60,681 bases of DNA, taken from positions 1-60,681 of the forward strand of contig DMWY01000013.1 of NCBI GenBank assembly GCA_003483065.1, read 5' to 3'. The notes below the pieces were generated by a model. The model had not been told where the DNA came from. It did not search any database and saw only the letters and a list, made by a program, of their open reading frames with translations. Positions 1 through 8,651 of the stretch are shown here, piece by piece. A program made the position numbers and the translations under genes. Source of the stretch: Candidatus Moraniibacteriota bacterium (lineage in GTDB: Bacteria > Patescibacteriota > Minisyncoccia > Moranbacterales > UBA2206). Position 1 is the stretch's first letter, and the number at the start of each line of letters is the position of its first letter.

Positions 1-99
1 TTTATTTCGCAAGAGGTCTAATAAAATAATCTTAGTTTCTCCCTCATCCGCCCTACGGGCACCTTCTCCCGAAGGGAGAAGGGGATATTAACAAAATTA

Positions 100-141
100 A
101 AAATAAAAAAAATCGACCGCGGCGAGAAACTCGCGCGGTCG
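100..141 (-). terminator. GC-rich hairpin plus U-run, readable as an intrinsic terminator on the minus strand
   Basis: Stem CGACCGCG (114-121) / CGCGGTCG (134-141). The A-run at 101-112 on the + strand becomes a U-run after the hairpin on the - strand. Confidence 0.4.
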
Positions 142-348
142 GGGTGGATGGGGGGTATTTAAGAAACAAAAAAATATAAAATTAACACCGCTCCCACCAA
201 TAAAATTGTTAAAAAAACTTTGCGGAAAAGCTCAATGCTTTTCCCAATGATTGCCACCGATCCTGCAGAAGAAGACAGGATTCTAGATTCATGATATATT
301 GTTCTGTTTTTAAAAATAATCATTGAATCTCCCTCCCTCTTTCCTTTA

Positions 349-1794
349 ATGTACGGTTTTTGTTTGGATAGTTCAATAAAGCTTACTCTAAATTGTATGG
401 ATTTGTCAAGGCTAAAAAAGAAAATTTCTAAATTCTCTAATTCCCCTGGAGTGTATATTTTCTACGCCAAAGGCGTATCCGCCTCTGGCGGAAAAAATAA
501 AGCGGGGGAGGTTGTTTATATTGGAAAGGCGACGAGTTTGAAGGATCGGGTGGGGTCGTATTTTTTGACCGATGCGAATCTACCCGCCTCGACTCGCGGA
601 GACCGCTTGTCGACGCGAGGCGGGCGAATAGTATACGAATCTACGAATCTACGAATAAATAAGAGACCAATCGAAATGATGATTGGGGAAGTGGCGAATA
701 TTGAAATCAGAAAAGCTGAGACGGTTTTGGAGGCGTATATTTTGGAACAAGAATTGATCAAAAAATTTCAGCCGAAATATAATGTCGATGGAAAAGATGA
801 TAAATCATTTTGCTATGTTGCTATAACTAAAGAAGATTTCCCAAGAATTTTGATTTTCCGAGGTAGGGAGAAAAAATTTTTGTTCCCTACAAAAAAGACC
901 TACGGTCCATATACCTCCAAAAAACAAATTGAAATTGCTTTGAAGATTCTGCGAAAAATTTTCCCCTATCACAACAAAAAAGAAAATTCGGAAAAAGGGT
1001 GTTTGGATTTTCAGTTGGGACTTTGTCCTGGGCCGTATGCCGGTGCAATTTCAAAAAAAGATTATCAAAAAAATATTCGCGGAATCAAAATGATTTTGGA
1101 AGGGAAAAAGAAAAATTTGTTGGCAAAGTTGAAAAAAGAAATGGCGCAGTATTCAAAAAAAGAAGAATTTGAAAAGGCGGGAGAAGTTAGAAATAAGATT
1201 TTTGCGTTGCAACATATTCGGGATATCGCCCTCATTTCGGACAAACCTCACCCCGACCCTCTCCTTATGAAGGAGAGGGAGACTTTGAGAATCGAAGGTT
1301 ATGATATTTCCAATATTTCAGGGAAGTTTAATGTCGGATCGATGGTGGTGTTTGATAATGCATATGGCGAAATTGGGCCGAATAAATCTCAGTATCGCAA
1401 ATTTAAGATAAAAACAGTTGACGGCGCGGATGATGTGGGGGCGATGCGAGAAGTGTTGATGCGAAGATTGGAAAACAGCTGGCCCGCCTCGACTCGCGGA
1501 GACGACCGCTCGTCGACGCGAGGCTGGCCATTGCCTAATTTGATTTTGCTTGACGGGGGAGCGGGACATCTCAATATGGCACGCAAAATTCTCAAGAATT
1601 ATAAACTAGAAATCCCACTCTTGGCAGTGGCCAAAGGACCGGAGCGCAAAAAAAATGATCTGCGAACATTCGGAAACGTGCCTGAAATTCCACAAAATAT
1701 AATCGAGCAAATTCGCAACGAAGCGCATCGTTTTGCAATTAGCTATCACAGAAAATTGCGAGGACAGGAATTTAGACAGGGTGTGGATAACTAA
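349..1794 (+). CDS. uvrC: Excinuclease ABC subunit C (UvrC), short form without the C-terminal (HhH)2. The true start is probably ATG 397 (MDLSRL).
   Basis: GIY-YIG N-terminus (PGVYIFY..VVYIGKATSLKDRVGSYF), UVR motif (EEFEKAGEVRNKIFALQHI), endonuclease region (IEGYDISN..LLDGGAGHLN..NEAHRFAISYHRK). Confidence 0.9.
   Translation: MYGFCLDSSIKLTLNCMDLSRLKKKISKFSNSPGVYIFYAKGVSASGGKNKAGEVVYIGKATSLKDRVGSYFLTDANLPASTRGDRLSTRGGRIVYESTNLRINKRPIEMMIGEVANIEIRKAETVLEAYILEQELIKKFQPKYNVDGKDDKSFCYVAITKEDFPRILIFRGREKKFLFPTKKTYGPYTSKKQIEIALKILRKIFPYHNKKENSEKGCLDFQLGLCPGPYAGAISKKDYQKNIRGIKMILEGKKKNLLAKLKKEMAQYSKKEEFEKAGEVRNKIFALQHIRDIALISDKPHPDPLLMKERETLRIEGYDISNISGKFNVGSMVVFDNAYGEIGPNKSQYRKFKIKTVDGADDVGAMREVLMRRLENSWPASTRGDDRSSTRGWPLPNLILLDGGAGHLNMARKILKNYKLEIPLLAVAKGPERKKNDLRTFGNVPEIPQNIIEQIRNEAHRFAISYHRKLRGQEFRQGVDN
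583..624. repeat. 42-nt palindromic element inserted in frame in uvrC (copy 1)
   Basis: CCCGCCTCG...CGAGGCGGG arms; encodes PASTRGDRLSTRGG. Followed by a 3x 8-nt TACGAATC repeat at 643-666. Confidence 0.8.
1257..1279. repeat. Hairpin element in frame in uvrC, same family as 62-82
   Basis: CCCTCTCCTT / AAGGAGAGGG with a 3-nt loop. The related hairpin CCTTCTCCC-GAA-GGGAGAAGG lies at 62-82. Confidence 0.7.
1479..1530. repeat. Palindromic element inserted in frame in uvrC (copy 2 of the 583-624 family)
   Basis: Shares the core CCCGCCTCGACTCGCGGAGAC..GTCGACGCGAGGC with copy 1; encodes WPASTRGDDRSSTRGWP. Confidence 0.8.
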
Positions 1795-1828
1795 ATAGTT
1801 GGTGGTAAAAAGAAAAATATGGTATAAT
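1782..1828 (+). promoter_or_regulatory. TGTGGATAA (DnaA-box-like) motif 32 nt upstream of an extended -10 (TGGTATAAT)
   Basis: TGTGGATAA at 1782-1790; TATAAT at 1823-1828 preceded by TGG. The same layout recurs at 7085, 8572 and 20536. Confidence 0.5.
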
Positions 1829-1858
1829 TTTATTAGTAAAAATTATCTTAATAAGATT

Positions 1859-3472
1859 ATGATCAAAAAAATCGCAGTTTCTTTTTTATTCGCATTTGTT
1901 TTTTTGTTATCGGCGAATCAGGCATTGGGAGCAGAAAATTATTGCACTCCATTTAGTGGAGGAATTTATACTGACGAACATCCGGAAGGAAGTTGGAATC
2001 ATTGCGAGGGCGATAACTTGATAAAATATAGTTGCGTTGGCACTGAAGGTGATTGGAAAACCAATTCTCCAATAAATTGTTTATCAACATTTCCAAAATT
2101 TGGTTTTTGTAATGGCAATACTTGTGCAAAGCATGAGTGTCTCACATCTTCTGATTGTGGGACTGGAGAATATTGTTATACAAAAACAGCTCCTTATACT
2201 TGTGAGGATGGATGTTCAGGGACTCCTCCTTCTAACGCGGATGCCTGTTCTAATCCATCAAATTTTGCAACCCTAGTTGGTCTAAGTGGAAAATACCCGA
2301 TAAAACTATCAACAAATAATACTTGTCCTAGTGCGCCATGTTATTATAAATGTGAATATCCTACTTATGTATATGAATCTGGTAAGTGCATACTTAATGC
2401 TCCATCTCTTGAAGCTGGCGAGTGTAATATAAACAATAGAATATCTATCAATATTTGGAAAGATTATTCGGATGCTTATCGTTTCAAGTTGATACCGATA
2501 ATGGATGGAGTTGAATTAAATGCAATAACAGTCGGAAAGAATTATATCTATCAGGGAAAACCTGGAAAATCATATTCTTTCAAGGCATATGAAATTGATG
2601 ATGCAGGCAATAAAGTTGGTGCAACTAGTTATTCTTGCAAAAATTGTCCTTCTATTTGCGCTCCTAATTATGATGGCAGTGGAAACACAAAACCGGTCGC
2701 TACGATTACCGTACCTGGCGCAAATCAAACAATTAGTGCGAATAGTTCAATAACTTTTACTGGTACAGGAAATGATGAAGATTCGGGAGATACAATTACT
2801 GGATATGAATGGAGAACAGGAAGTTGCGATGGAACATTGTTAGATGCTGGTTCTGTGGTGCCTAACACACAAACAATAACATTTCCGGTTACTAAAACAA
2901 TTTTTTTCAAAGTCAAGGATGTGCATAATGTTTGGTCGCTTTGCGACAGTCGAACTATAGCAGTAGCTGTACCGGGAGATCCAACACTAAATTTTTATCC
3001 GGAAAACAATATTTATACTATACCGAGTGGTACTAGCACCACTTTGTATTGGACAACCACTAATGTGTCTTCTTGCACAGCGACTGGTGATTGGACTACT
3101 CTTGGTTCGAAAGTTATTAATGGAAGTGAGCCAACAGGAAATCTTACTGCTTCAAAAACTTATACATTGGAATGTTTCAAGGGATCTACTGGATTTAATA
3201 ACAGTAGTGGCAGTGCTGCAGTTAAACAAAGTGTGACTATAGGCGTTAGCTCCTGCGTGCCACTCTGTAACGACGCAACCATATGCCAAGGAGTGCCTTA
3301 TTTGGATGCTATTTGCGGAACTCCCTGTATGGGAAATAGAAATTGTTGCACCGATGATTGTTCTGTCGGTCGAGCTAATACTTGCATAGGTCAAAATTAT
3401 ATAAATAAATGTGATGGTTCTGATTGTGGCTCTGGCACCAAAGATTGTTCTTGGCGAGAAGTGGCACCTTAA
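1859..3472 (+). CDS. Cys-rich secreted surface protein, paralogue 1 (signal peptide, PKD/Ig-like repeats, C-terminal CSWREVAP)
   Basis: The ORF track starts at TTG 1799, but the promoter -10 at 1823 makes ATG 1859 (MIKKIAVSFLF..ANQALG) the likely start. Carries ITGYEWR and SCTATGDW..TYTLECF modules. Confidence 0.75.
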   Translation: MIKKIAVSFLFAFVFLLSANQALGAENYCTPFSGGIYTDEHPEGSWNHCEGDNLIKYSCVGTEGDWKTNSPINCLSTFPKFGFCNGNTCAKHECLTSSDCGTGEYCYTKTAPYTCEDGCSGTPPSNADACSNPSNFATLVGLSGKYPIKLSTNNTCPSAPCYYKCEYPTYVYESGKCILNAPSLEAGECNINNRISINIWKDYSDAYRFKLIPIMDGVELNAITVGKNYIYQGKPGKSYSFKAYEIDDAGNKVGATSYSCKNCPSICAPNYDGSGNTKPVATITVPGANQTISANSSITFTGTGNDEDSGDTITGYEWRTGSCDGTLLDAGSVVPNTQTITFPVTKTIFFKVKDVHNVWSLCDSRTIAVAVPGDPTLNFYPENNIYTIPSGTSTTLYWTTTNVSSCTATGDWTTLGSKVINGSEPTGNLTASKTYTLECFKGSTGFNNSSGSAAVKQSVTIGVSSCVPLCNDATICQGVPYLDAICGTPCMGNRNCCTDDCSVGRANTCIGQNYINKCDGSDCGSGTKDCSWREVAP

Positions 3473-3504
3473 TTTTAAAATTAATAAAAATATCTTCAAA
3501 AAAA

Positions 3505-3948
3505 ATGGAACAAAAAAACAAAAAAAATATCCGAGCAAGCTTAATTGTAATAATAAGCGTATTGGCTTTCGTCCTCGTAGTGATGCTTGTGTATAAAAAC
3601 AAAAAAAGTATTCCGCAAGTAATCAATCAAAAAATAGAAAAGCTTCAAAATAAAGAAGAAAATAAAATCAGTGAAGAAAATGTGAATGAAGTGGAAGCGA
3701 AAGACATTAAGTTTATAACCGGCAAGATTATCTCTATCGATATTAGCTCGGTTAAGATAAAAACTAGCGATGGAGAACTGACTCTTAGTATTCCGGAACA
3801 GAACGTGAGTTTTTTGCAGAAAACAACTCAAAAAAATGGAGATCTTCTGATGAAAGAAATTGGATTGTTTGATGTTGTGAAAAATAAAGATGTGGAAATT
3901 CAATATAACAGCGCAAAGAATGAAGTTATGTTGATTGTGGTTAAATAA
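3505..3948 (+). CDS. Small single-pass membrane protein, partner a of the Cys-rich protein
   Basis: MEQKNKKNIRASLIVIISVLAFVLVVMLVY (Lys-rich, then a TM helix); C-terminus IQYNSAKNEVMLIVVK. Starts 33 nt after the upstream stop. Confidence 0.7.
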   Translation: MEQKNKKNIRASLIVIISVLAFVLVVMLVYKNKKSIPQVINQKIEKLQNKEENKISEENVNEVEAKDIKFITGKIISIDISSVKIKTSDGELTLSIPEQNVSFLQKTTQKNGDLLMKEIGLFDVVKNKDVEIQYNSAKNEVMLIVVK

Positions 3949-3998
3949 AAAGTATGCGAATAACCGACTACGAATCGGTACATGCGAATATTAAAATT

Positions 3999-5051
3999 AT
4001 GACCAAAAAAATTGTAGTTTCGTTTTTATTCATAAGTACTTTTTTCTTGGTGGCTGGCAAGGCAGAGGCAGTTTGCACAAATAATAGTCTAGGAGCGCTT
4101 CTGAATGGCGTTCAGTCTTATACTGGTTGTGCTAGTGCTAGTTCATTGATGATATGGAGTTGTGCTGGTCAGGACGCAGTCACTTCCAGTGTGACGTCTT
4201 GTACGACTCCAGATGGTCGGGGTTATTGTTCAGGCAATAAATGCAAACTATATGGATGTATCAATGATTCTCAATGTTCCAGTGATAGTAATCCATGCAC
4301 TAAACTATCCACTTGCAATCTTGTTTCGCATACATGCACCGCAGAAATAAATGTGAGCGATGGCACAAGCTGTGGTGTCGGTAAATATTGCTATTCGGGA
4401 AATTGCAAAACTAAAGTTGGTCTCGGGGATGTTTGTAGCACTAATTTTATTTGTAGCGACAATGGCACATATTGTGGCCCAGCTAATAGGTGTATTTGTT
4501 CGGCTGGTTTGGGTAATTGCGCTGATGATTCTGATACCTGTCTTTGCAGATTTGACTTGGGATGGGATTGCAAAACAGACTATAATTCAGATCGGCGTCG
4601 CTTTGAGGAAACTTGCCAACCACCTAGAGATAGTGGTCCTGTCGCCCCATCGCTTACTTTTTCTGCTAATCCATCCGTGATAACTTTGGGCGAGTCAACC
4701 ACCCTATCCTATATTGTTGGAAATAATGCTGATTTTTGCACTGCTAGCACAACTTCGGTTGGGGCAGGGATATGGGCTGGCTGGAAATTAGCTACAAACG
4801 GAACACATATAAGCGTCCCACCAATTGTTCCAACAACTATCGGAACTAAAACATATTCAATTTCTTGTTCAAATGATGGAGGAACTAGAACAAAATCAGT
4901 GAGTGTTACGGTAAATCCTGTTTCCTTACCGTCGCTACCTTGCATATCTTGTTCAGATGAAGATGCTCATTGTCGCGGAAGCTATGTGGATAGATGTGGT
5001 GCAACTTGTACCGGCACTAAGGATTGCAATTGGCGAGAAGTGACACCTTAA
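3999..5051 (+). CDS. Cys-rich secreted surface protein, paralogue 2 (C-terminal CNWREVTP)
   Basis: Signal peptide MTKKIVVSFLFISTFFLVAGKAEA, many Cys, Ig-like module (FCTASTTS..KTYSISC). Confidence 0.75.
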   Translation: MTKKIVVSFLFISTFFLVAGKAEAVCTNNSLGALLNGVQSYTGCASASSLMIWSCAGQDAVTSSVTSCTTPDGRGYCSGNKCKLYGCINDSQCSSDSNPCTKLSTCNLVSHTCTAEINVSDGTSCGVGKYCYSGNCKTKVGLGDVCSTNFICSDNGTYCGPANRCICSAGLGNCADDSDTCLCRFDLGWDCKTDYNSDRRRFEETCQPPRDSGPVAPSLTFSANPSVITLGESTTLSYIVGNNADFCTASTTSVGAGIWAGWKLATNGTHISVPPIVPTTIGTKTYSISCSNDGGTRTKSVSVTVNPVSLPSLPCISCSDEDAHCRGSYVDRCGATCTGTKDCNWREVTP

Positions 5052-5081
5052 GTTAAAATTTAATATTTTTAATCTAAAAAA

Positions 5082-5531
5082 ATGAAGAAAAAAAACAAAA
5101 ATAATTTTCGAGCAAGTCTGATTGTGATAGTCGGTGTGCTAGCATTTATTATGGTAATTTTGATTATATATAAAAAGAAACAAGTTGTTTCACCAGTGAT
5201 AAATCCAATCAAAGAAGAAACTCAGATAAAAAAAGACACAGATATTGTGCCTCTCACAGAAGAAAAGAAGGCTCAATTGCAAGCCATTAGAAATGTTTCT
5301 GGAAAAATTGTTTCCATTAAGGCAGAAACTATCAACATTGCAGTGGATAATGGAGAAAAACTAACTCTCAAAATTCCCGAACAAGGAGCCAACTTCATCA
5401 AAGAAACAGTTCAAGCGGACGGAAGTTTTCTGGATGAAAAAATAGAACTCACAAAAGTTCCGAAAAACAAACAGATTGACATTCAATATAACAGCGCAAA
5501 GAATGAAGTTATGTTAATTGTGGTTAAATAA
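5082..5531 (+). CDS. Small single-pass membrane protein, partner b
   Basis: MKKKNKNNFRASLIVIVGVLAFIMVILIIY plus an identical C-terminus IQYNSAKNEVMLIVVK. Confidence 0.7.
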   Translation: MKKKNKNNFRASLIVIVGVLAFIMVILIIYKKKQVVSPVINPIKEETQIKKDTDIVPLTEEKKAQLQAIRNVSGKIVSIKAETINIAVDNGEKLTLKIPEQGANFIKETVQADGSFLDEKIELTKVPKNKQIDIQYNSAKNEVMLIVVK

Positions 5532-5551
5532 AGTATGCGAATATTAAATTT

Positions 5552-6937
5552 ATGAGAAAAAAAATTATTTTATCAATAATATTTCTGGGACTAGCAATTT
5601 TTGTTTTTGCTCCTGCTAATTCTTCTCAGGCTACTCTTTTGACTTGTGGCGGAGACAAAACCGAAGCTGACTGTATAAGCGCTGGTGGGACAGTAGTGAC
5701 TACAGGCGGTTGTACTAGCTGTAGTATTACTGAAACAACTTGTCCATCTGGAATGACTAAATATGCCAATTGGACATATTATACTCGAAATAGTTGCGGA
5801 AGTGTTCTTCATCTTTGTGATTCTGGAAATTGCGGAACAGTTTGTATTGACACAACTACATGTACTACCTCCGCAAGCAATTGGATCAACTCAGCTAGTG
5901 CGCCAAGTTGCACCTATTATGTAGATAACTATAGTAATGACAGTCTTCCTAAAGGTAGTTTTTGTAGCAGTATAAGTAATCCTTGCGGCTATTGCGTTCC
6001 GTCGTCATCAGCATATCGAGTAACATGTACTGATACACCTTCTGCAGGATGTTCTACTGGTTCAATAACGTGTCGTTATCTGAAGAGACTAGCTCGTACG
6101 TGTGCTTCTACAATAAGCAATGTTGCTTGCATTGGCTCTGGCGCAACGCCTGTTGCTGCTACAATTCAAGGTAAACGCGTGATTATGCCAGATAACATAC
6201 TAGATAGTTTTCCTCAAACAGTGAGCGTTTCTGGTGGACCATCAAGTGCGGAAAATCCATATAGTCTTTCAGTGCTTGCCGGCGCTACTTATACCGTGAG
6301 TATATCAGAGCGAATCGGATATACTGTTGGCTATACGCTTTGTATTGATAATACGAGTTGTCATTCACTAACACCAACTCCCGGAAACACTGCGACGGTT
6401 GTTATTCCGAGTGGCAAGTTGAGCAACACAACACTCCATTATGCTGATTTGTGGTGGCATTATACGCCAAATCCAACTCTTGATTTTTCTCTTTCTGATG
6501 GATATTCATCTGCTACTATAATAAAAGGCAGTTCTATCGTTTTCACTTGGACAGTAGCTAACGCAACTGCGTGTACAGCTAGTGCAACTCCTCTAACTGA
6601 AGAGATAAATTGGTCTGGAGCACAATCATATACTAATGGAACTTTTTTTTCTCAGCCAATTATTCCCACTACGATAGGAACTAATACATATAATTTACAA
6701 TGTTTCAATATATTTAGTATTCCAACAAGCGACAGCAATAAAAACAATAACGCTTGATGTGATTTACGATGTTACTTCCTGCACTAATCCATCTTGTGGT
6801 TCAGATTGTGGTGTGACTAAGAAAAATTATTGCCAAGATTTATCTGGCAATATAGCGCCAGATAGTTATTGTAGTGGTGGAGCAGGATGCGCTGATGTGG
6901 TTTGTGATAGTTGTCAATGGAAAGAATCTGCGCCGTA
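5552..6937 (+). pseudogene. Cys-rich secreted protein, paralogue 3, with a frame break near 6715-6730; the C-terminal module continues in the +1 frame
   Basis: The ORF stops at 6757. The +1 frame reads ATAIKTITLDVIYDVTSC...DSCQWKESAP* and ends at 6937, restoring the family C-terminus. Confidence 0.65.
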
Positions 6938-6968
6938 ATTTTTGAAAATAATAATATTTTAGACTTTT

Positions 6969-6998
6969 AAAAATCCAAGAATAATCTCTTGGATTTTT
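6969..6998 (+). terminator. Intrinsic terminator after paralogue 3
   Basis: AAAAATCCAAGA-ataatc-TCTTGGATTTTT. Confidence 0.6.
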
Positions 6999-7001
6999 GA
7001 T

Positions 7002-7096
7002 GTTATTGAGCAAATCAGAAACGAAGCCCACCGCTTTGCGATTGGGTAGCATAGAAAATTGAGAAATAAAGGATTTTTAGGGGGTGTGGATAATTC
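7002..7096 (+). pseudogene. Diverged relic of the uvrC 3' end
   Basis: Translates IEQIRNEAHRFAIG*HRKLRNKGFLGGVDNS versus the uvrC C-terminus IEQIRNEAHRFAISYHRKLRGQEFRQGVDN*. Confidence 0.6.
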
Positions 7097-7131
7097 AGTT
7101 TGACGGTGATGGAATTATGTGCTAATATAAT
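7085..7131 (+). promoter_or_regulatory. TGTGGATAA motif 32 nt upstream of TATAAT
   Basis: TGTGGATAA at 7085-7093; TATAAT at 7126-7131; lies upstream of abiEi. Confidence 0.45.
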
Positions 7132-7170
7132 CCATATAGTTCCGCTTTTTAGGAACAATATGGAATAAAT

Positions 7171-7785
7171 ATGCAATATTTGGAAATAAAGGACAAATTA
7201 AAGGATTTTGTGGTTTTCTCGGTCAATGATATATTGAAGGTCGATTTGGATTTTCATAAGCAACGATTGAGTGAGTGGCAGAAAAAAGGCTACATCAAAA
7301 AGATTTCCAAGGGGTATTATATTTTTTCTGACATAGGAATCAATGAATCTGTTTTGTTTATTATTGCTAATAAAATTTTTGAACCATCTTACATTTCATT
7401 GGAAATGGCATTGTCATATCATGGTCTTATCCCAGAAAGTGTTTATGGCATTACTTCTGTCACATCCAAAAAAACCCATAAACTTGCTTCTGCACTAGGT
7501 CAATTTAATTTTCATCATATCAAGTCTGAGTTTATGTTTGGCTATCAGCTAGTGATATATCAAAATCATAATTTTAAAATAGCGGAAATCGAAAAAGCCA
7601 TTCTGGATTATTTTTATGTAAATTCTAAAGTTAAAACAATAGGGGAGTTTGAAGAGCTTCGAATTAATAAGGATATTTTTCAAGAAAAAGTTGATATGAA
7701 AAAATTTAAAGAATATTTATTCCAACTTAACAATAAAGCTCTGGAAAAAAGAATTAATAATTTTGTGAAATATCTTAATGCTTAG
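7171..7785 (+). CDS. abiEi: AbiEi-family antitoxin / transcriptional regulator (type IV TA)
   Basis: N-terminal wHTH pattern (FSVNDILKV..RLSEWQKKGYIKKISKGYYIF). Overlaps the downstream toxin gene by 8 nt. Confidence 0.8.
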   Translation: MQYLEIKDKLKDFVVFSVNDILKVDLDFHKQRLSEWQKKGYIKKISKGYYIFSDIGINESVLFIIANKIFEPSYISLEMALSYHGLIPESVYGITSVTSKKTHKLASALGQFNFHHIKSEFMFGYQLVIYQNHNFKIAEIEKAILDYFYVNSKVKTIGEFEELRINKDIFQEKVDMKKFKEYLFQLNNKALEKRINNFVKYLNA

Positions 7786-8554
7786 CTTGCAAGAAATCGA
7801 AAAATATTATCCTGAAAATATCCGAGTTTTTAAACGCAATCTGTTGCGCGAATATTTGCAATACAAAATTTTGCAAATTATTTTCAATTCTAAGTTTGCT
7901 AATAAGCTGGCGTTTTTAGGTGGGACGGTCTTGCGGATCATTTATGATAACAATAGATTTTCAGAAGATTTGGATTTCGATAATTTTGGTCTTAGTGAAA
8001 AAGAATTTAATGAAATATCGCTGGTGGTAAAAAAGCAATTGGAATTGGAAGGCTATGAGGTAGAAATTAGAAATGTTTTCAAAGGTGCTTATCGTTGTTA
8101 TATACGAATTCCAAAACTACTTTTTGATAGCGGTCTTTCGGGTTATGAAGAAGAAAAAATTCTTATTCAGTTGGATACTGCTCCGCATAATTTTCAATAT
8201 AAGCCGGAAAAAGTGATTCTTAATAAGTTCGATGTGTTCACGGAAATCAACGTTACTCCCTTGGATATTATTTTATCGCAAAAAATATTTGCTATTTTCA
8301 ACCGCAAAGCTCTGAAAGGCAGGGATTTTTTTGATACGGTATTTTTGCTTTCCAAAACTAAACCCAATTACGATTATCTTCAATTGAAATTGAAAATTAA
8401 AAATGGGCAAGAGCTGAAAAGCAAGCTGGAGATTTTTTCTGACAAAATTAATTTTAATGAGTTAGCTGAGGATGTCGAACCATTTTTATTCAATGCTAAG
8501 GACTCCAAAAAGGTGATTCTTTTCGCAAAGTATATAAAAAACCTTGAACTTTAA
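7778..8554 (+). CDS. abiEii: AbiEii/AbiGii nucleotidyltransferase toxin (DUF1814)
   Basis: LAFLGGTVLRIIYDNNRFSEDLDFDN, the hallmark motif of the family. Confidence 0.88.
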   Translation: MLSLQEIEKYYPENIRVFKRNLLREYLQYKILQIIFNSKFANKLAFLGGTVLRIIYDNNRFSEDLDFDNFGLSEKEFNEISLVVKKQLELEGYEVEIRNVFKGAYRCYIRIPKLLFDSGLSGYEEEKILIQLDTAPHNFQYKPEKVILNKFDVFTEINVTPLDIILSQKIFAIFNRKALKGRDFFDTVFLLSKTKPNYDYLQLKLKIKNGQELKSKLEIFSDKINFNELAEDVEPFLFNAKDSKKVILFAKYIKNLEL

Positions 8555-8571
8555 AAGCTATTTGCATGGGT

Positions 8572-8620
8572 TGCGGATAACCAGACTAGCGTTGGCGCGG
8601 AAATAGAAATGTGGTATAAT
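8572..8620 (+). promoter_or_regulatory. TGCGGATAA (one mismatch) 34 nt upstream of the extended -10 TGTGGTATAAT
   Basis: Motif at 8572-8580; TATAAT at 8615-8620. Confidence 0.45.
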
Positions 8621-8651
8621 TACGATAGGCTTAAAAAATAAAAAAAAGTTT

